Of a DNA stretch of 64,000 nucleotides, positions 1 to 12,059 are shown piece by piece. Position 1 is the stretch's first letter, and each line of letters opens with the position of its first letter. The translations under genes and the position numbers were made by a program. The notes beneath the pieces were generated by a model that was not told where the DNA came from, did no database searches, and saw nothing but the letters and a program-made list of their open reading frames with translations. Origin of the DNA: Centroscyllium fabricii (Eukaryota); contig JBNRSN020000013.1 of assembly GCA_051313645.2 (NCBI GenBank), positions 139,996,001-140,060,000 of the forward strand. The letters are read 5' to 3'.

Positions 1-399
1 GAATCCTGAGCGGTGTGTCGTCATGATCCACGTCGAGTTGGTAGGTGCTCAGCGACGGATCCCGGGGCCCCAGCGTGCCGTCTACAAGGGCTAGAAAAAA
101 ATGCCTTGACACCGGTGCATCGTGGCTAGCGGTGGGGGGTAATGGTGAGGGGTGGTGGGTAATGGTGGTCTCAGGGGTTCCTGAGGGGGCGAGATCTCTA
201 ATGGAGACCGTGTCCTCCCGCCCGTCAGGCTACGCAACGTAGGTGTATTGGGGGTTGGCGTGGAGGAGATGGACACTTTCGACCAGGGGGTCCGTCTTAT
301 GGCTCCTCACGTGCTTCTGAAGTAGGACGGGCTCTGGGGACGTCAGCCACGATGGTAGCGCGGTCCCTGAGGTGGATTTCCTAGGGAAGCCAAACATTT

Positions 400-2221
400 T
401 TTCGTGAGGAGTAGCGTTGGTGGCAGTACAGAGTAGTGATCGGATTGAGTGGAGCGCATCAGGGAGAACTTCTTGCCAGCGAGAGACTGGAAGGCCTTTA
501 GACTTCAGGGCTAGCAGGGCAGCCTTCCAGACTGTTGCGTTCTCCCTCTCTACCTGTCCATTCTCCCGGGGGTTGTAGCTGGTAGTCCTGCTCGTGGTGA
601 CTCCTCTTGCGAGCAGTTACTGACACAGCTCGTCACTCATAAAGGAGGTACCCCGGTCGCTATGGATATAGCTGGGGAACCCGAACAGGGCGAAGAGATT
701 GTGCAGACACTTGATGACCATGGCAGAGGTCATGTCCGGGCAGGGGATGGCAAAAGGGAAACGTGAGTACTCATCAATAATATTGAGAAGTACACATTGC
801 GGTCAGAGGAGGGGAGGGGCCCTTTAAAATCGACGCTCAGGCGCTCAAAAGGGCGGGTGGCCTTTATCAGGTGTGCTCTGTCTGGCCTATGAAAATGCGG
901 TTTGCACTTGACACAGACTTGGCAGTTCCTGGTCATGGTCCTGACCTCCTCGATGGAGTAAGGCAGGTTGCGGGCCTTGACAAAGTGGAAGAACCTGGTG
1001 ACCCCCGGGTGGCAGAGATCGTTGCGGAGGGACTGCAATCGACCCACCTGTGCACTAGCACATGTTCCGTGGGATAGGGCATCTGGGGGCTCATTGAGCT
1101 TCCCGGGCCGGTACAAAATATCATAATTGTAGGTGGAAAGTTTGATTCTCCTCCTCAATATTTTGTCATTTTTGATTTTGCCCCGCTGCTTGTTATTAAA
1201 CATAAAAGCAACTGAACGTTGGTCAGTGAGCAGGGTGAATCGTTTACCGGCCAGGTTCTATGAGTCTATGAGTAATGCCTCCAGTGCCGCACAGCTTCCA
1301 CAATGGCCTGGGCCTCCTTTTCGACAGAGCAGTGTCTAATTTCGGGGCCCTGGAGGGTTCGTGAGAAGAAGGCCACGGGTCTGCCTGCCTGGTTAAGGGT
1401 AGCGGCCAGGGCAAAGTCGGACGCATTGCTCTCCACCTGGAACGGGGTGGATTTGTCCACAGCGTGCATTGTGGCCTTAGCGATGTCTTCCTTGATGCGG
1501 TTGAAGGCTAGGCGGGCCTCTGCCATCAGGGGGAAAGAGGTGGATTTGATGAGTGGACGGGCTTTGTCCGCATAATTGGGGACCCACTGGGCGTAATGAG
1601 AAGAAGCCCAGGCATCTCTTCAGGGCATTGAGGCAGTGGGGGAGGGGAAGTTCCAGAAGGGGGCGCATGCGGTCGGGTTCGGGACCGATGATCCCGTTCT
1701 CCACGACACAGCCAAGAATAGCGAGGCGGGCCATGTGGAACATGCATTTCTCCTTGTTATAAGTCAGGTTTAGGAGTTGGGCGGTGCGGAGAAATTTCTG
1801 GAGGTTGACGTCATGGTCCTGCAGGTCATGGCCGCAGATGGTGACATTATCCAGGTACGGGAATGTGGCCCGCAGCCCGTTCTGGTCAACCATTTGGTCC
1901 ATCTCCCGCTGGAAGACCGAGACCCCATTGGTGACGCCAAAGGGGACCCTAAGGAAGTGGTAGAGGCGGCCATTCGCCTCAAAGGCAGTGTACTGGCGGT
2001 CCTCAGGGTGGATAGGGAGTTGGTGGTACGCAGACTTTAAGTCGATGGTGGAGAATACCCGGTACTGTGCAATCTGGTTGACCACGTTAGATATGTGGGG
2101 AAGGGGGTATGTGTCCAGCTGCGTATACCGGTTGATGGTTTGGCTATAGTCGATGACCAGGCGGTGTTTCTCACCGGTCTTAACGACCACCACTTGGGCT
2201 CTCCAGGGGCTGGTGCTAGCC
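400..2221 (-). pseudogene. Gypsy pol RT-RNase H-integrase, fragmented
   Basis: ORFs 1477..2193 (RT), 1266..1526 (RNase H), 730..1203 (integrase N-terminus); core motifs (HSDRG, NGQVERENA) continue toward about 400. Confidence 0.85.
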
Positions 2222-3740
2222 TCAATAATCCTTTTCCTTCAGGAGCCGCTGCACCTCGGATTTGATAAAAATTCTGTCCCCAGCACTGTATCGCCTACTC
2301 TTGGTGGCAATGCGCTTACAGTCTGGGGTGAGGTTAGTGAACAGCAGGGGAGGGATGACTTTAAGAGTCGAGAGGCAGCAGATGGTGCGCGGTGGGCAAT
2401 TTACAAACTGCTGGCTGCAGACAGTGAGAGGGGGGAGGGGCCCATCGTACGCCATTGTGATACTCTTAAGGTGGCATTGGAAATCTAACCCCAGTAGCAC
2501 GGCAACGCAGAGCTGTGGTAGAACAAGGAGCTTGAAGCCTTTGTACTTCGTGCCCCTCATAGTCAGGGTCACTACACAGTAGCCGCCGACGTCCGCTGTA
2601 TAGGACTTGGAGGCCATAGAGATCCGGTGGCGTGCTGGCAGGACTGAAAGGGAGTAGCGCTGCACCGTGTCGGGGTGGATAAAGCTCTCCGTGCTCCCGC
2701 AGTCAAACAGGCAGTTCATAGCGCGGCCATTTACCTTGATGTCCATCATGGACCTGGCAAGTTGGTGAGGCCTGGATTGATTCAGGGTGATGGAGGCCAG
2801 CATTGAGTTCGGTGGGTCGCTGTCGTACTCGGTTGAGGCGATGGGGGAGTCGGGGGCCTGATCCCAAAATGGCGGCCCGCACGGCTCACACGCGGCTGGC
2901 GGTGTCCAAGATGGCGACCCCCACGGCCCACACGCGGCGCTGCTGGAGTTGAAGGTTGGTTTGGCCTTGCACACTTTAGCGTAGTGCCCCTTCTTACCGC
3001 AACCGGAGCAGATCGCATCCTTTGCCGGGCAGCGTTGTCTGGGGTGCTTGGCCTGGCCGCAGAAGTAGCACTTTGGGCCTCGGGACATCGCGGCTGTAGT
3101 CAGGCTGCTGGTGGGTCGTGGCGGTGGCGACGTGGCGCAGGCTTGTGGTCCTCCCGAGTCCCAAGATGGCGGCGCCCGTGACATCCACGATGTGGCCGTG
3201 TGGTCAGGGGAGTAGGCGTCCATGTTTCGGTGAGCCACGTCCAGTGTGTCAGCAAGGGTCACAGCCTTCTGCAGGTCGAGCCCACCCTGTTCTAACAGTC
3301 TCTGCCGGGTGTAGCTGGACCTGATGCCAGCAACATAGGCGTCCCGGATTAAGTCCTCCATATTTTCTGTGGCCGTCACTGCCTTGCACTTGCAGGCCCG
3401 GCCGAGGACTCTCAGTGCCTGTAGGTATTCATTGCCCGATTCCCCGGGTCGCTGTTTGCGGGTAGCCAGGAGATGCCTGGCGTAGATCTCATTGATTGTT
3501 TTAGTATATTGACCTTTAAGGAGACTGATCGCGTCCGTATAGGATGTTGCGTCTCGGATCATCGAATATACTTGGTGGCTCACCCGGGAGTTGAGTACAA
3601 GCAGCTTGTCGGCATCGGACCTGACGGTAGCAGTGGAGGCCTGCAGGAATGCTTCAAAGCAGCCAGTGCTCGAAATTGTTGGATGCATCCGCCATTTGAG
3701 GATCCAGCTCCAGCCGTTCTGGCTTCAGTATTTGCTCCAT
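2222..3740 (-). pseudogene. Gypsy gag-protease, frameshifted near 3660
   Basis: ATG at 3740 (MEQILKPERLELDPQ) joins ORF 2222..3688, which has zinc knuckles and an aspartic protease motif. Confidence 0.85.
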
Positions 3741-3762
3741 AATAAAATTTAGTGAATAAAAT

Positions 3763-4040
3763 TGATGCGCTATCAATAACTGCAAAAGACGAGAAGTTAT
3801 ACGAGTAACAAATAGGCTTTTATTTACTAAAGAATGAGAGCATGCCTTCACTGGTCGACTGGTCCTGAACTCAGGGGGACTGGGAAGCAGTCGCCTTTAT
3901 ACCAGGGCCTGAGGGAGGAGCCACAGGCGGAGTCAGCAGAGGCATGCCCAGGCAGGTTACATACATCAGGTAAGAGTGAACCACAATACAACAACAACAG
4001 TGGTTTACCAACAACACAACAACAACACTGGTTTACCACA
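3763..4040 (-). repeat. 5' LTR (278 bp) of the Mag-like Gypsy
   Basis: Minus strand TGTGGTAAACC...ATTGATAGCGCATCA with TATAAA and AATAAAAGCC; same end motifs as solo LTRs at 17919 and 45317. Confidence 0.85.
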
Positions 4041-4328
4041 GATAGTAACAGGGCCTGTGTAATGAGAAAGAAAACCAACCCAGTATATTACAAGGCCTGA
4101 TAATAACAGATCTAAATATCACCACGCCTGTCATTGTCCTAAACCTTTTTCCGATATTACTAAGGTTGAGGTGAGTGTTATTTTGAAGTACACTTAATTA
4201 TTTATGTCCTGGGTGTTCAATGACTTAACCAAAGTGCTGTTTCTTGTCAAGCTCCCTCCAGATAAATATAACTCACTATTGTACACACGTTTTAGAATTG
4301 GAAGCATGTTATTTCATTTCAATTATTT

Positions 4329-4596
4329 TGTGGCGGATCGCCTCGCATACGGCAAATCCGCCAGACTCACAGACTCTCGAGCGCCGGCGTGCCAACGCAC
4401 AAATGCGCTGACGTCACCGCGCCCGACGCGCAAACGTGCCGACGTCAGCATGTACGTACGAGCTGACGTCACAAAAACGTATATATTTGAGCGCAAGGGC
4501 GCCAAACGCTCTCTCAATGATGTAACCTGAATAAAGAAAGTTGTGTTCGTTTAAACTGGTCTCGGCCTTTACTCTCGCCCGTCAGCAAACCCAACA
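4329..4596 (+). repeat. 5' LTR of CsRn1-like element
   Basis: TG...CA ends; direct repeat of 8328-8595; TATA-like and AATAAA motifs; TGACGTCA at 4409 and 4464. Confidence 0.95.
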
Positions 4597-4597
4597 T

Positions 4598-4610
4598 TGG
4601 TGACCCCGAC
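4598..4610 (+). other. Primer binding site (tRNA-Trp)
   Basis: TGGTGACCCCGAC right after the 5' LTR matches the canonical tRNA-Trp PBS. Confidence 0.85.
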
Positions 4611-4634
4611 ACTCGGAACCAATTAAGCCCTGCA

Positions 4635-7600
4635 ATGACGGACGCAAGCGCAGTTTTGATTAAACTGCCCGAGTTCCGGGAAAACCTGGCTGCAGCCTGG
4701 TTCGTCCAAGCCGAGTCCCGGTTCAGACTGCACCGCATCAGCAGAGACGGGACAATGTATGACCATCTCGTCGCCTCGCTGGCCAGCTCCATGGTCGCGA
4801 AGGGCTGGGCAGAGCTGCAGAACCCACCGCAGCAAGGCAAGTACACACATCTTAAGGCCGCGTTCCTTAAAAGATTTACTACCTCGCAATACCAGCGCAG
4901 CTGCCAGCTCCTCGACCTCCAAGATCTCGGTGACGCTTCACCATCAGTCCTTCTCTCCCACATGCTCTCGCTCGCAGACGAGAACCCACCAGGGCCCCTC
5001 TTCCGAGCACTGTTCATCTGGCAGCTATCTCCCAGCATCCGCCCCGCCATCGTGGCATCTGACCTCCAGAGCCTGGCAGACCTGGCCCGCCTGGCTGACA
5101 GGCTCCTGTCCGCGCACTCGGACCGCGATACCGCGGATTGGGCCCCTCCACGCAGTCACCGGGCCCAGCCTTCAGGCCCACGCGGCCGCCGCATTCCCCA
5201 ACCCCACCGAACCCAGGGTACTGTTACTACCACACCCGGTTCAGCGCCAGGGCGCAACGGTGCACACAACCCTGCACCTTCAAACCCACACCGGCCTCCA
5301 CGATGGCCGTGGGGCATGCAGGCTGCCTCCTGTACGTCACGGATGACAAAACAGGATGCCGTTTCCTGTGCGACACCAGTGTCCAGCACAGCATCGTGCC
5401 CGCCTCCGTCCTCGAAGTCCAGAAGGGCACACGAGGCCCGGCACTCGCTGCGGCAAACGGGTCCGACATCCGGACGTACGGCACCTGCACGGTCCAGCTC
5501 GACATCACATGTCACCGCTACCAATGGGAGTTCATCACTGCCAAGATACTCTCACCCCTCATTGGCGCGGACTTCCTGTGCACACACGGCCTCCTGGTCG
5601 ACATGCCTCGGCGCCGTCTCGTGGACATGAACACCATGACCCCCATCCCTGGCGCCATGGCCCCTGCGCAAGCCCCCGACATGGCGGCACAGTGCCACGC
5701 CCGGGCCACGGACGCCTACTTGGCACTCCTGGCCGAATTCCCGGCCCTCACCAACCCGACTTTCACGGCTAAGGTCGCCAAGCACGGGGTTGAGCACTTC
5801 ATCCAAACCACGGGCCCACCAGTACACGCCCATGCCCGCAGACTGGACCCGGCTAAGCTGGAGGTCGCGCGGAACCAGTTTGCCACTATGGAGCAGCTCG
5901 GCATCATCAACTGCTCCAACAGCCCCGGGGCTTCCCCACTCCACATCGCCCCCAAACCCGACGGAGGCTGGCGCCCCTGTGGGGATTACCGCCGCCTCAA
6001 CGACGCCACCACGCCTGATCGGTACCCGGTGCCGCACATTCAGGATTTTTCAGCCAAACTGGCCAGTTGCTCAGTCTTCTCCAAGGTCGACCTGGTGCGC
6101 AGATATCACCAAGATGGCAGTCATCACCCACTTCGGGCTGTTCAAGTTCCTGCGAATGTCCTTTGGCCTTAAAAAGGCAGCACAGGCATTCCAGCGCCTC
6201 ATGTTCCTAGACGACATCGTGGTAGCCAGTTCCTCCAGACAGGAACATCTTGAACACCTTGAGGTCCTGTTCAGGCGCCTCAGCGAGCACGGGCTCATCC
6301 TCAGCCCAGCCAAGTGCCAGTTCGGCCTGGACCGGATCGACTTCCTCGGCCACCACATCCCCCAGGCCGGGGCCATTCCCCTGCCCACCAAGGTGCAGGC
6401 AGTCCAGCAATTCCCCGTCCCACCACTGTCAAGGGCCTCCAGGAGTTCCTGGGGATGGTCAATTTTTACAACCGCTTTATCCCCAAAGTGGCGTCCCTCA
6501 TGGGCCCCCTCTACCAAGCCCTCCGCGGCAAGAGCGGCAAAATGGCAGTTGAATGGACGGTGGACACCTCCGCTGCCTTCGATTCCACCAAATCGGCGCT
6601 CGCCGACGCCACCCTCCTCACACACCCACAGCCTAATGACCATGCGGTCGGCACCATGTACGAGCAGTGGGTCGACGGGGCCTGGCAGCCCCTCGCCTTT
6701 TTCAGCCGCCAGCTGCGCCCCCCGGAGATGAAATACCGCACCTTCGACCGCAAGCTCCTCGCGCTGCACCTGGCGGTACGCCACTTTAGGTTTTTGCTGG
6801 AGGGCCACCCCTTCACCGCGTTTGTCGACCACAAACCCCTGACATTCACGATGGCAAAAGCAGCTGACCCCTGGTCCGCCAGACAGCAGCGCCAGCTCAG
6901 AGCCTGTCCGAGTTTACCACAGACATCCAATACGTCTCCGGTCGAGACAACGTGGTAGCCGACTGCCTCTCCCGCCCAGCCATCCACGCCACACATCTGG
7001 CAGTCGACTATGCATGGCTTGCAGCGGACCAGCTCACCGACCCGGACCTGCTCTCTGCGCCAACCAGCTTTCCCGGCCTATGCTTGGCCTCCGTCACCTG
7101 CGGCCCGACCGCGACCAGCATCACATGTGACGTTACCCTGCCCCAACCCCGGCCCGTCGTCCCAGCATCTTGGCGCCGGCATGTTTTCAACATACTCCAC
7201 AACCTCTGCCACCCCGGCGCCCGTGCTTCCATCAAATTGGTTGCCAACCACTTCGTCTGGCGCGGCCGTAGTAAAGATGTGCATACTTGGGCCAACTCAT
7301 GCATTGCCTGCCAACGTGCCAAGGTGCATCAGCACATCAAGGCACCCCCTCGGGGAGTTCGACGTCCCCGCACGGCGATTCAACCATGTACACATGGACA
7401 TCGTGGGGCCCCTGCCGCCATCACAGGGCCAGACCCACTTGCTCACTATCATGGACCGCAATACTCGCTGGCCCGAGGCGATACCACTGGCCTCCACCAC
7501 CACAGCGGACCTCGCCAGAGCCTTCATCGCCACGTGGGTCGCCCGGTTCGGCGTCCCCTCCGACATAACATCGGACAGAGGACCCCAGTTCACCTCTGCA

Positions 7601-8200
7601 CTGTGGACTGCTGTTGCTCACAACCTCAGGATGACCTTACACCGCACCACGGCGTACCGCCCACAAGCCAACGGACTGTGTGAACGCTTCCACAGATCCA
7701 TGAAAGCTATTCTACGGGCCAGCCTCACGGACAGCACCTGGACTGACCGCCTCCCATGGGTCATGCTCGGCCTCCGCTCCGTGGTCAAAGAGGACCTCCA
7801 TGCGTCTGCAGCAGAGCTTGTCCACGGCCAACCGCTGCGCGTACCCAGCAAGTCCCTGGTCGCCGCAACGACACCCTGGTCGGCTGACTAGCAACGCCTC
7901 GACTTCACCGCCTTGGCGCAACTGTTCACCCCGGTGCCCATGACCCGGCACGGTGAAACAGCCTCACACGTCCCGCTTGGCCTGCACCAGGCGCAATTCG
8001 TCTTCATCCGCCATGACGCTCTCCGCGGACCTCTACAACCTCCATACGATGGGCCCTACAATGTGCTTCTGGCGGGGGACTAGTTTTTTCAACTACAGGT
8101 GGGCAACAGAACCGAAACGGTGTCGGTCGACAGTCTTAAGCCGGCACACACTGAGCCCGGCGAACCCACTCCAGTTGCCCACCCACCGCTACGAGGCCGA
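4635..8200 (+). pseudogene. CsRn1-like gag-pol, multiple frameshifts and stops
   Basis: gag (IKLPEF...AWFVQAESRF), protease, RT (WRPCGDYRRLN, FLDD), RNase H (DHKPL), integrase (HMDIVGPLP, SDRGPQF, ANGLCERFH). Confidence 0.85.
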
Positions 8201-8327
8201 CCCCTGGCCAGCCAGCTTGCCCGGCCTCTACTCCTCAACCGACGCCAGCCAAGAGCCGCTCCAGCCGGCCCATCAGACCGCCGCAACGCCTCGTCCACTC
8301 CTCCTGAGCGGATTCTGGAGGGAGCTC

Positions 8328-8595
8328 TGTGGATGATCGCCTCTCATACGGCGAATCCGCCGGACTCGCAGACTCTCGAGCGCTGGCGTGCCAACGCACA
8401 AACGCGCTGACGTCACCGTGCCCGACGCGCAAACGCGCCGACGTCATCACGTACGTACGTGCTGACATCACGAAAATGTATATATTTGAGCGCAAGGGCG
8501 CCAAACGCTCTCTCAACGATGTAACCTGAATAAAGAAAGTTGTGTTCGTTTAAACTGGTCTCGGCCTTTACTCTCGCCCATCAGCAAACCCAACA
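8328..8595 (+). repeat. 3' LTR of CsRn1-like element
   Basis: Direct repeat of 4329-4596, followed by ATTT TSD. Confidence 0.95.
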
Positions 8596-8883
8596 ATTTA
8601 TCATTTTGTTTGGAAGCGCTAGTTGTGTGCGTTGCATTCATCTTTGGTAAATCTTTAATCGCATTAAGATGGGTGACACCAGTTGGGGAAAAGGCAATTT
8701 TCTCCACTCTTTGCTTCCAGTGTCAGGGATAAGATATTCAGAGGCAGAGTAAACCTCCCCTCGTCTGCATTAAGAATACACCCTCAAGTTAGAAGAGCAC
8801 CTGCACTTTGTGACTGTTACACTTTAATTTCCCGTGTCAACCATCCTTCTGGCTTCTCTGAATGAGTCTGCTAATTTAATGTT

Positions 8884-9320
8884 AACAACAACAACTTGTA
8901 TTTATATGGCACCTTTAATGTAGTAAAATGTCCCAAGGCGCTTCAGAGGAGCGGTAATCAAACAAAATTTGACACCAAGCCACGTAAGGAGATATTAGGG
9001 CAGGTGACCAAAAGCTTGGACAAAGAGGTGGGTTTTAAGGAGTGGCTTGAAGGAGGAGAGAGTAGAGTGGCGGCGAGGTTTAGGGAGGAAATTCCAGAGC
9101 TTAGGGTCTTAGCAGCTGAAGGCACGGTGGCCACCAATGGTGGAGCGATTGAAATTGGGGGTGCTCAAGAGGCCTGAATTAGAGGAGCGCAGAGATCTTG
9201 GAGGGTTGTGGGGCTGGAAGAGATTACAGAGATAGGGAGGGGGCGAGGTCATGGAGGGATTTGTAAACAAGGATGAGAATTTTTAAATCGAGGCATTGCT
9301 TAACCGGGAGCCAATGTAGG
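8884..9320 (-). mobile_element. L2-clade LINE 3' fragment
   Basis: Minus strand reads DFKILILVYKSLHDLAPPYL...KLWN; (GTT)n tail; similar to 55960-56220 and 62530-63650. Confidence 0.75.
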
Positions 9321-9375
9321 ATGCTGTCGATGCTCAGGTAAGAAGCTGCGAGGTAAAAGTGCTTGATTGGCTAGG

Positions 9376-10253
9376 CTAAGCAAATCTGGCCAAGATAAGT
9401 GCGTTCCTTGCATCCCAGGCAGCAATGTTCTCGCGTACTGCTGCCGCTGGTTGATAGGCCTCTGCAAGATGTTTGTTTTCGTTCTCCTCCTTCTCCTCAT
9501 CTGAGGAGGATATGTGACGAGCCACTTGGTCCTCAGCAATCTGCAAGCCACAATGCTGTGCCGTGTTGTGAAGTGCACAGCAAACCACAACGATTCTGGA
9601 GACCCTGGTTGCTGAGTACTGCAGGGCTCCACCTGATCTATCCAGGTATCTGAAGCGCATCTTCAGCAAACCGATGGTTTGCTCGATTATGGCTCTGGTG
9701 GACATGTGACTGGAGTTGTATCTCTCCTCAGCTTCGTTGGATGGTCTCAATGGTGTCATTAGCCACGTCTTTAGGGGCTAGCCCTTGTCTCCAAGTAGCC
9801 AATCATTAAGTTGGTCTGGTGGACTGAACAGCGGAGGCACACTAGACTGGCGCAGTATGAAGGAGTCATGGTAACTGCCAGGGTACTTGGCACAAACATG
9901 CAAAATTTCCTTCTTGTGGTCACACACCAGCTGAACGTTAAGGGAGTGGAAGCCCTTGCAGTTGACAAAAATACCTGGATTGCGATGGGGTGCCCTAACA
10001 GCTGTAACATTCCCAATACCCCGATGAAAAACTCGTAAAAAAATCGGAAGTGCACTGCGCACTTCCTGGAGCACAGGCCAAGGCGCTGCAGCTCCCTCCC
10101 CCCCCACCCCCCCCTCCCCCAGCCTTCTTCGGAATTGCAGGTATCCCACGCATGCGCGGGAAATGGCGTCTACCTGCAATTCCAAGGGCCGCACACTTGA
10201 GTACACGCTTCGTACTTGCACGTTGGGCCTCGGGGCCATTGGAAAAACCGGCC
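9376..10253 (-). mobile_element. Internally deleted PIF/Harbinger transposon fragment (transposase C-half plus one terminus)
   Basis: [43 protein letters not shown]; terminus GGGCCGGTTTTT at 10253 abuts a Gypsy LTR. Confidence 0.85.
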
Positions 10254-11655
10254 CATTATATTCACGTGATCACACGCCGAGCCGTCATTGGCCTGCAGGC
10301 ATCTGTAAGGACTGCTATTGTTTGGAAGACCCAGGCTAGGGGTCCTAATGCCATGCTTTCTCCAGTGGTGCTGCTAGGAGTAACATCACAGACCTAATGC
10401 TTAATAAAAAGTTAAACTGTAATACTCCGTTGTCCTGCAATTTATTATTTTTGTACAAAGTGTGCAAAAACAAGACATGGTGCCAGAAGTAGGATTGGAA
10501 AATGGACATCGTTGGAGCTCCCTTGCCACGAATGGATTGGGAATCTTTGAAGTTACCTGGAGAATGGCGCAAGTTCAAGCAACACGTGGAGTTGATGTTC
10601 TCAGGTCCTCTAAAAAGCAAAGGGAAGGAAGAAAGATGCAGCTACCTACTCCTGTGGATCAGAGAAAAAGGGAGAGACATCTTTAACACATGGTCTCTCA
10701 CCGCGGATGAAGCAAAGGTACTGAAACGTTATTTTGACCGTTTTTGAATCATATGTGATGCCCAAGACAAATACGATATTCGCTAAGTACAAGTTTCAGG
10801 AGAAAGTACAAGGAGCTAGTGAGTCATTTGAACAGTTTGTGACTGAGTTAAAACTGCTGGTAATAGACTGTGGATATGCAGATAAAGATGAGATGGTCAG
10901 AGACCGCATCGTGTTTGGAATACATTCAGCTGAAGTGAGAGAGAAACTTTTGAATATTGGGTCCGGGCTAACGCTGGACAAAGCTATGGATATAGCTAGA
11001 TAGCACGAGATAGCCCAAGCATAGTTGAAAACAACAACTGGCGCCACGAGCAGCTCGCGTGAACAGACAGTGCACACAGTTAATAGACACAGAAACCAAA
11101 GAACGAGAGAGTTCTAACAATGAGCGACACAGACATAAATCGCTTCAAAAATTGTGGATATTATGGAAATGAGGTGCATGGGGAAAAGGAGCACTGCCCT
11201 GCCAAAGGAAGGCAATGTGCTAAGTGTGGTAAATGGAACCACTTTGCTAAAGTTTGCAGGACTGTTTTTGGAAAAGCAGTACACACAGTGAGTGACAGCC
11301 AAATGCCAGATAGAGAGCCAAATGCAGAGGAACTGTTTATTGATTCTGTGTCACAGAAAAAAGATATCAGCGACTGAGCAAGCCTTTGCAGATATTGAGA
11401 TAGGAAAACAGGGCACAGAGCTAAAGTTTAAACTAGACACTGGTTTTCAGGTTAATGTAATTACTCTGATTGAGTATCACAGCTTGAAGGATGAGTGTGA
11501 GCTACAGCCCACCTCATGCAGACTGACCAGCTATAGGGGTGAGCAGCTCATTGTAATAGGCACGTGCGTGATGAAATGCAAGTACAAAGAAAGCGACATG
11601 ATGTTGGACTTCTACATTGTTGACACTCGAGCACATCCAGTGCTAGGTCTAAAGG

Positions 11656-12059
11656 CATAGAAACATAGAAACATAGAAGATAGGAGCAGGAGTAGGCCAT
11701 TCGGCCCTTCAAGCCTGCTCCGCCATTCAATGAGATCATGGCTGATCATCCAAACCCAGCACCCTGTCCCTGCTTTGTCCCCATATCCCTCTCGAACCTG
11801 CACCGACCCATATCGCACTGTATCCCCGTTACCCCACCTATTTAATCCCCCTAACACTAAGGGACAATTTATCCTGGCCAATCAACCTAACCCGCACATC
11901 TTTGGACTGTGGGAGGAAACCGGGGCACCCGGAGGAAACCCACGCAGACACGGGGAGAATGTGCAAACTCCACACAGATAGTACCCGAGGCTGGATTTGA
12001 ACCCGGGTCTCTAGTGCTGTAAGGCAACAGTGCTAACCACTGTGCCACCGTGCCGCCCC
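11656..12059 (-). mobile_element. HE1-like V-SINE inserted in Gypsy pol
   Basis: tRNA-like head (GGTGGCACAGTGGTTAGC...GGTTCAAATCC), V-domain core (TGTGTGGAGTTTGCACATTCTCCCCGTG), CR1-type tail (TTTCTATG)n. Confidence 0.85.

Larger units (their letters stand above)
1..4040 (-). mobile_element. Gypsy LTR retrotransposon (Mag-like), decayed; 3' end runs off the window
   Basis: Minus-strand order: LTR, gag (double CCHC knuckle CYFCGQAKH...CSGCGKKGHYAKVC), protease (LFDCGS), RT (YLDN), RNase H (EKEAQAIVEAVRHW), integrase (HPGVTRF...CQVC, DFKGPLP). Several frameshifts. Confidence 0.95.
4329..8595 (+). mobile_element. Full-length CsRn1-clade Gypsy LTR retrotransposon, decayed
   Basis: Two 268-bp LTRs (4329-4596, 8328-8595), 4-bp TSD ATTT, tRNA-Trp PBS, CHCC gag motif (CYYH-x9-C-x3-C), PR/RT/RH/IN ORF fragments, purine-rich tract before the 3' LTR. 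Confidence 0.95.

Noticed and set aside
5156-7951. Many antisense ORFs over the CsRn1 element
   Set aside because: Shadows of GC-rich pol sequence with no recognisable motifs.
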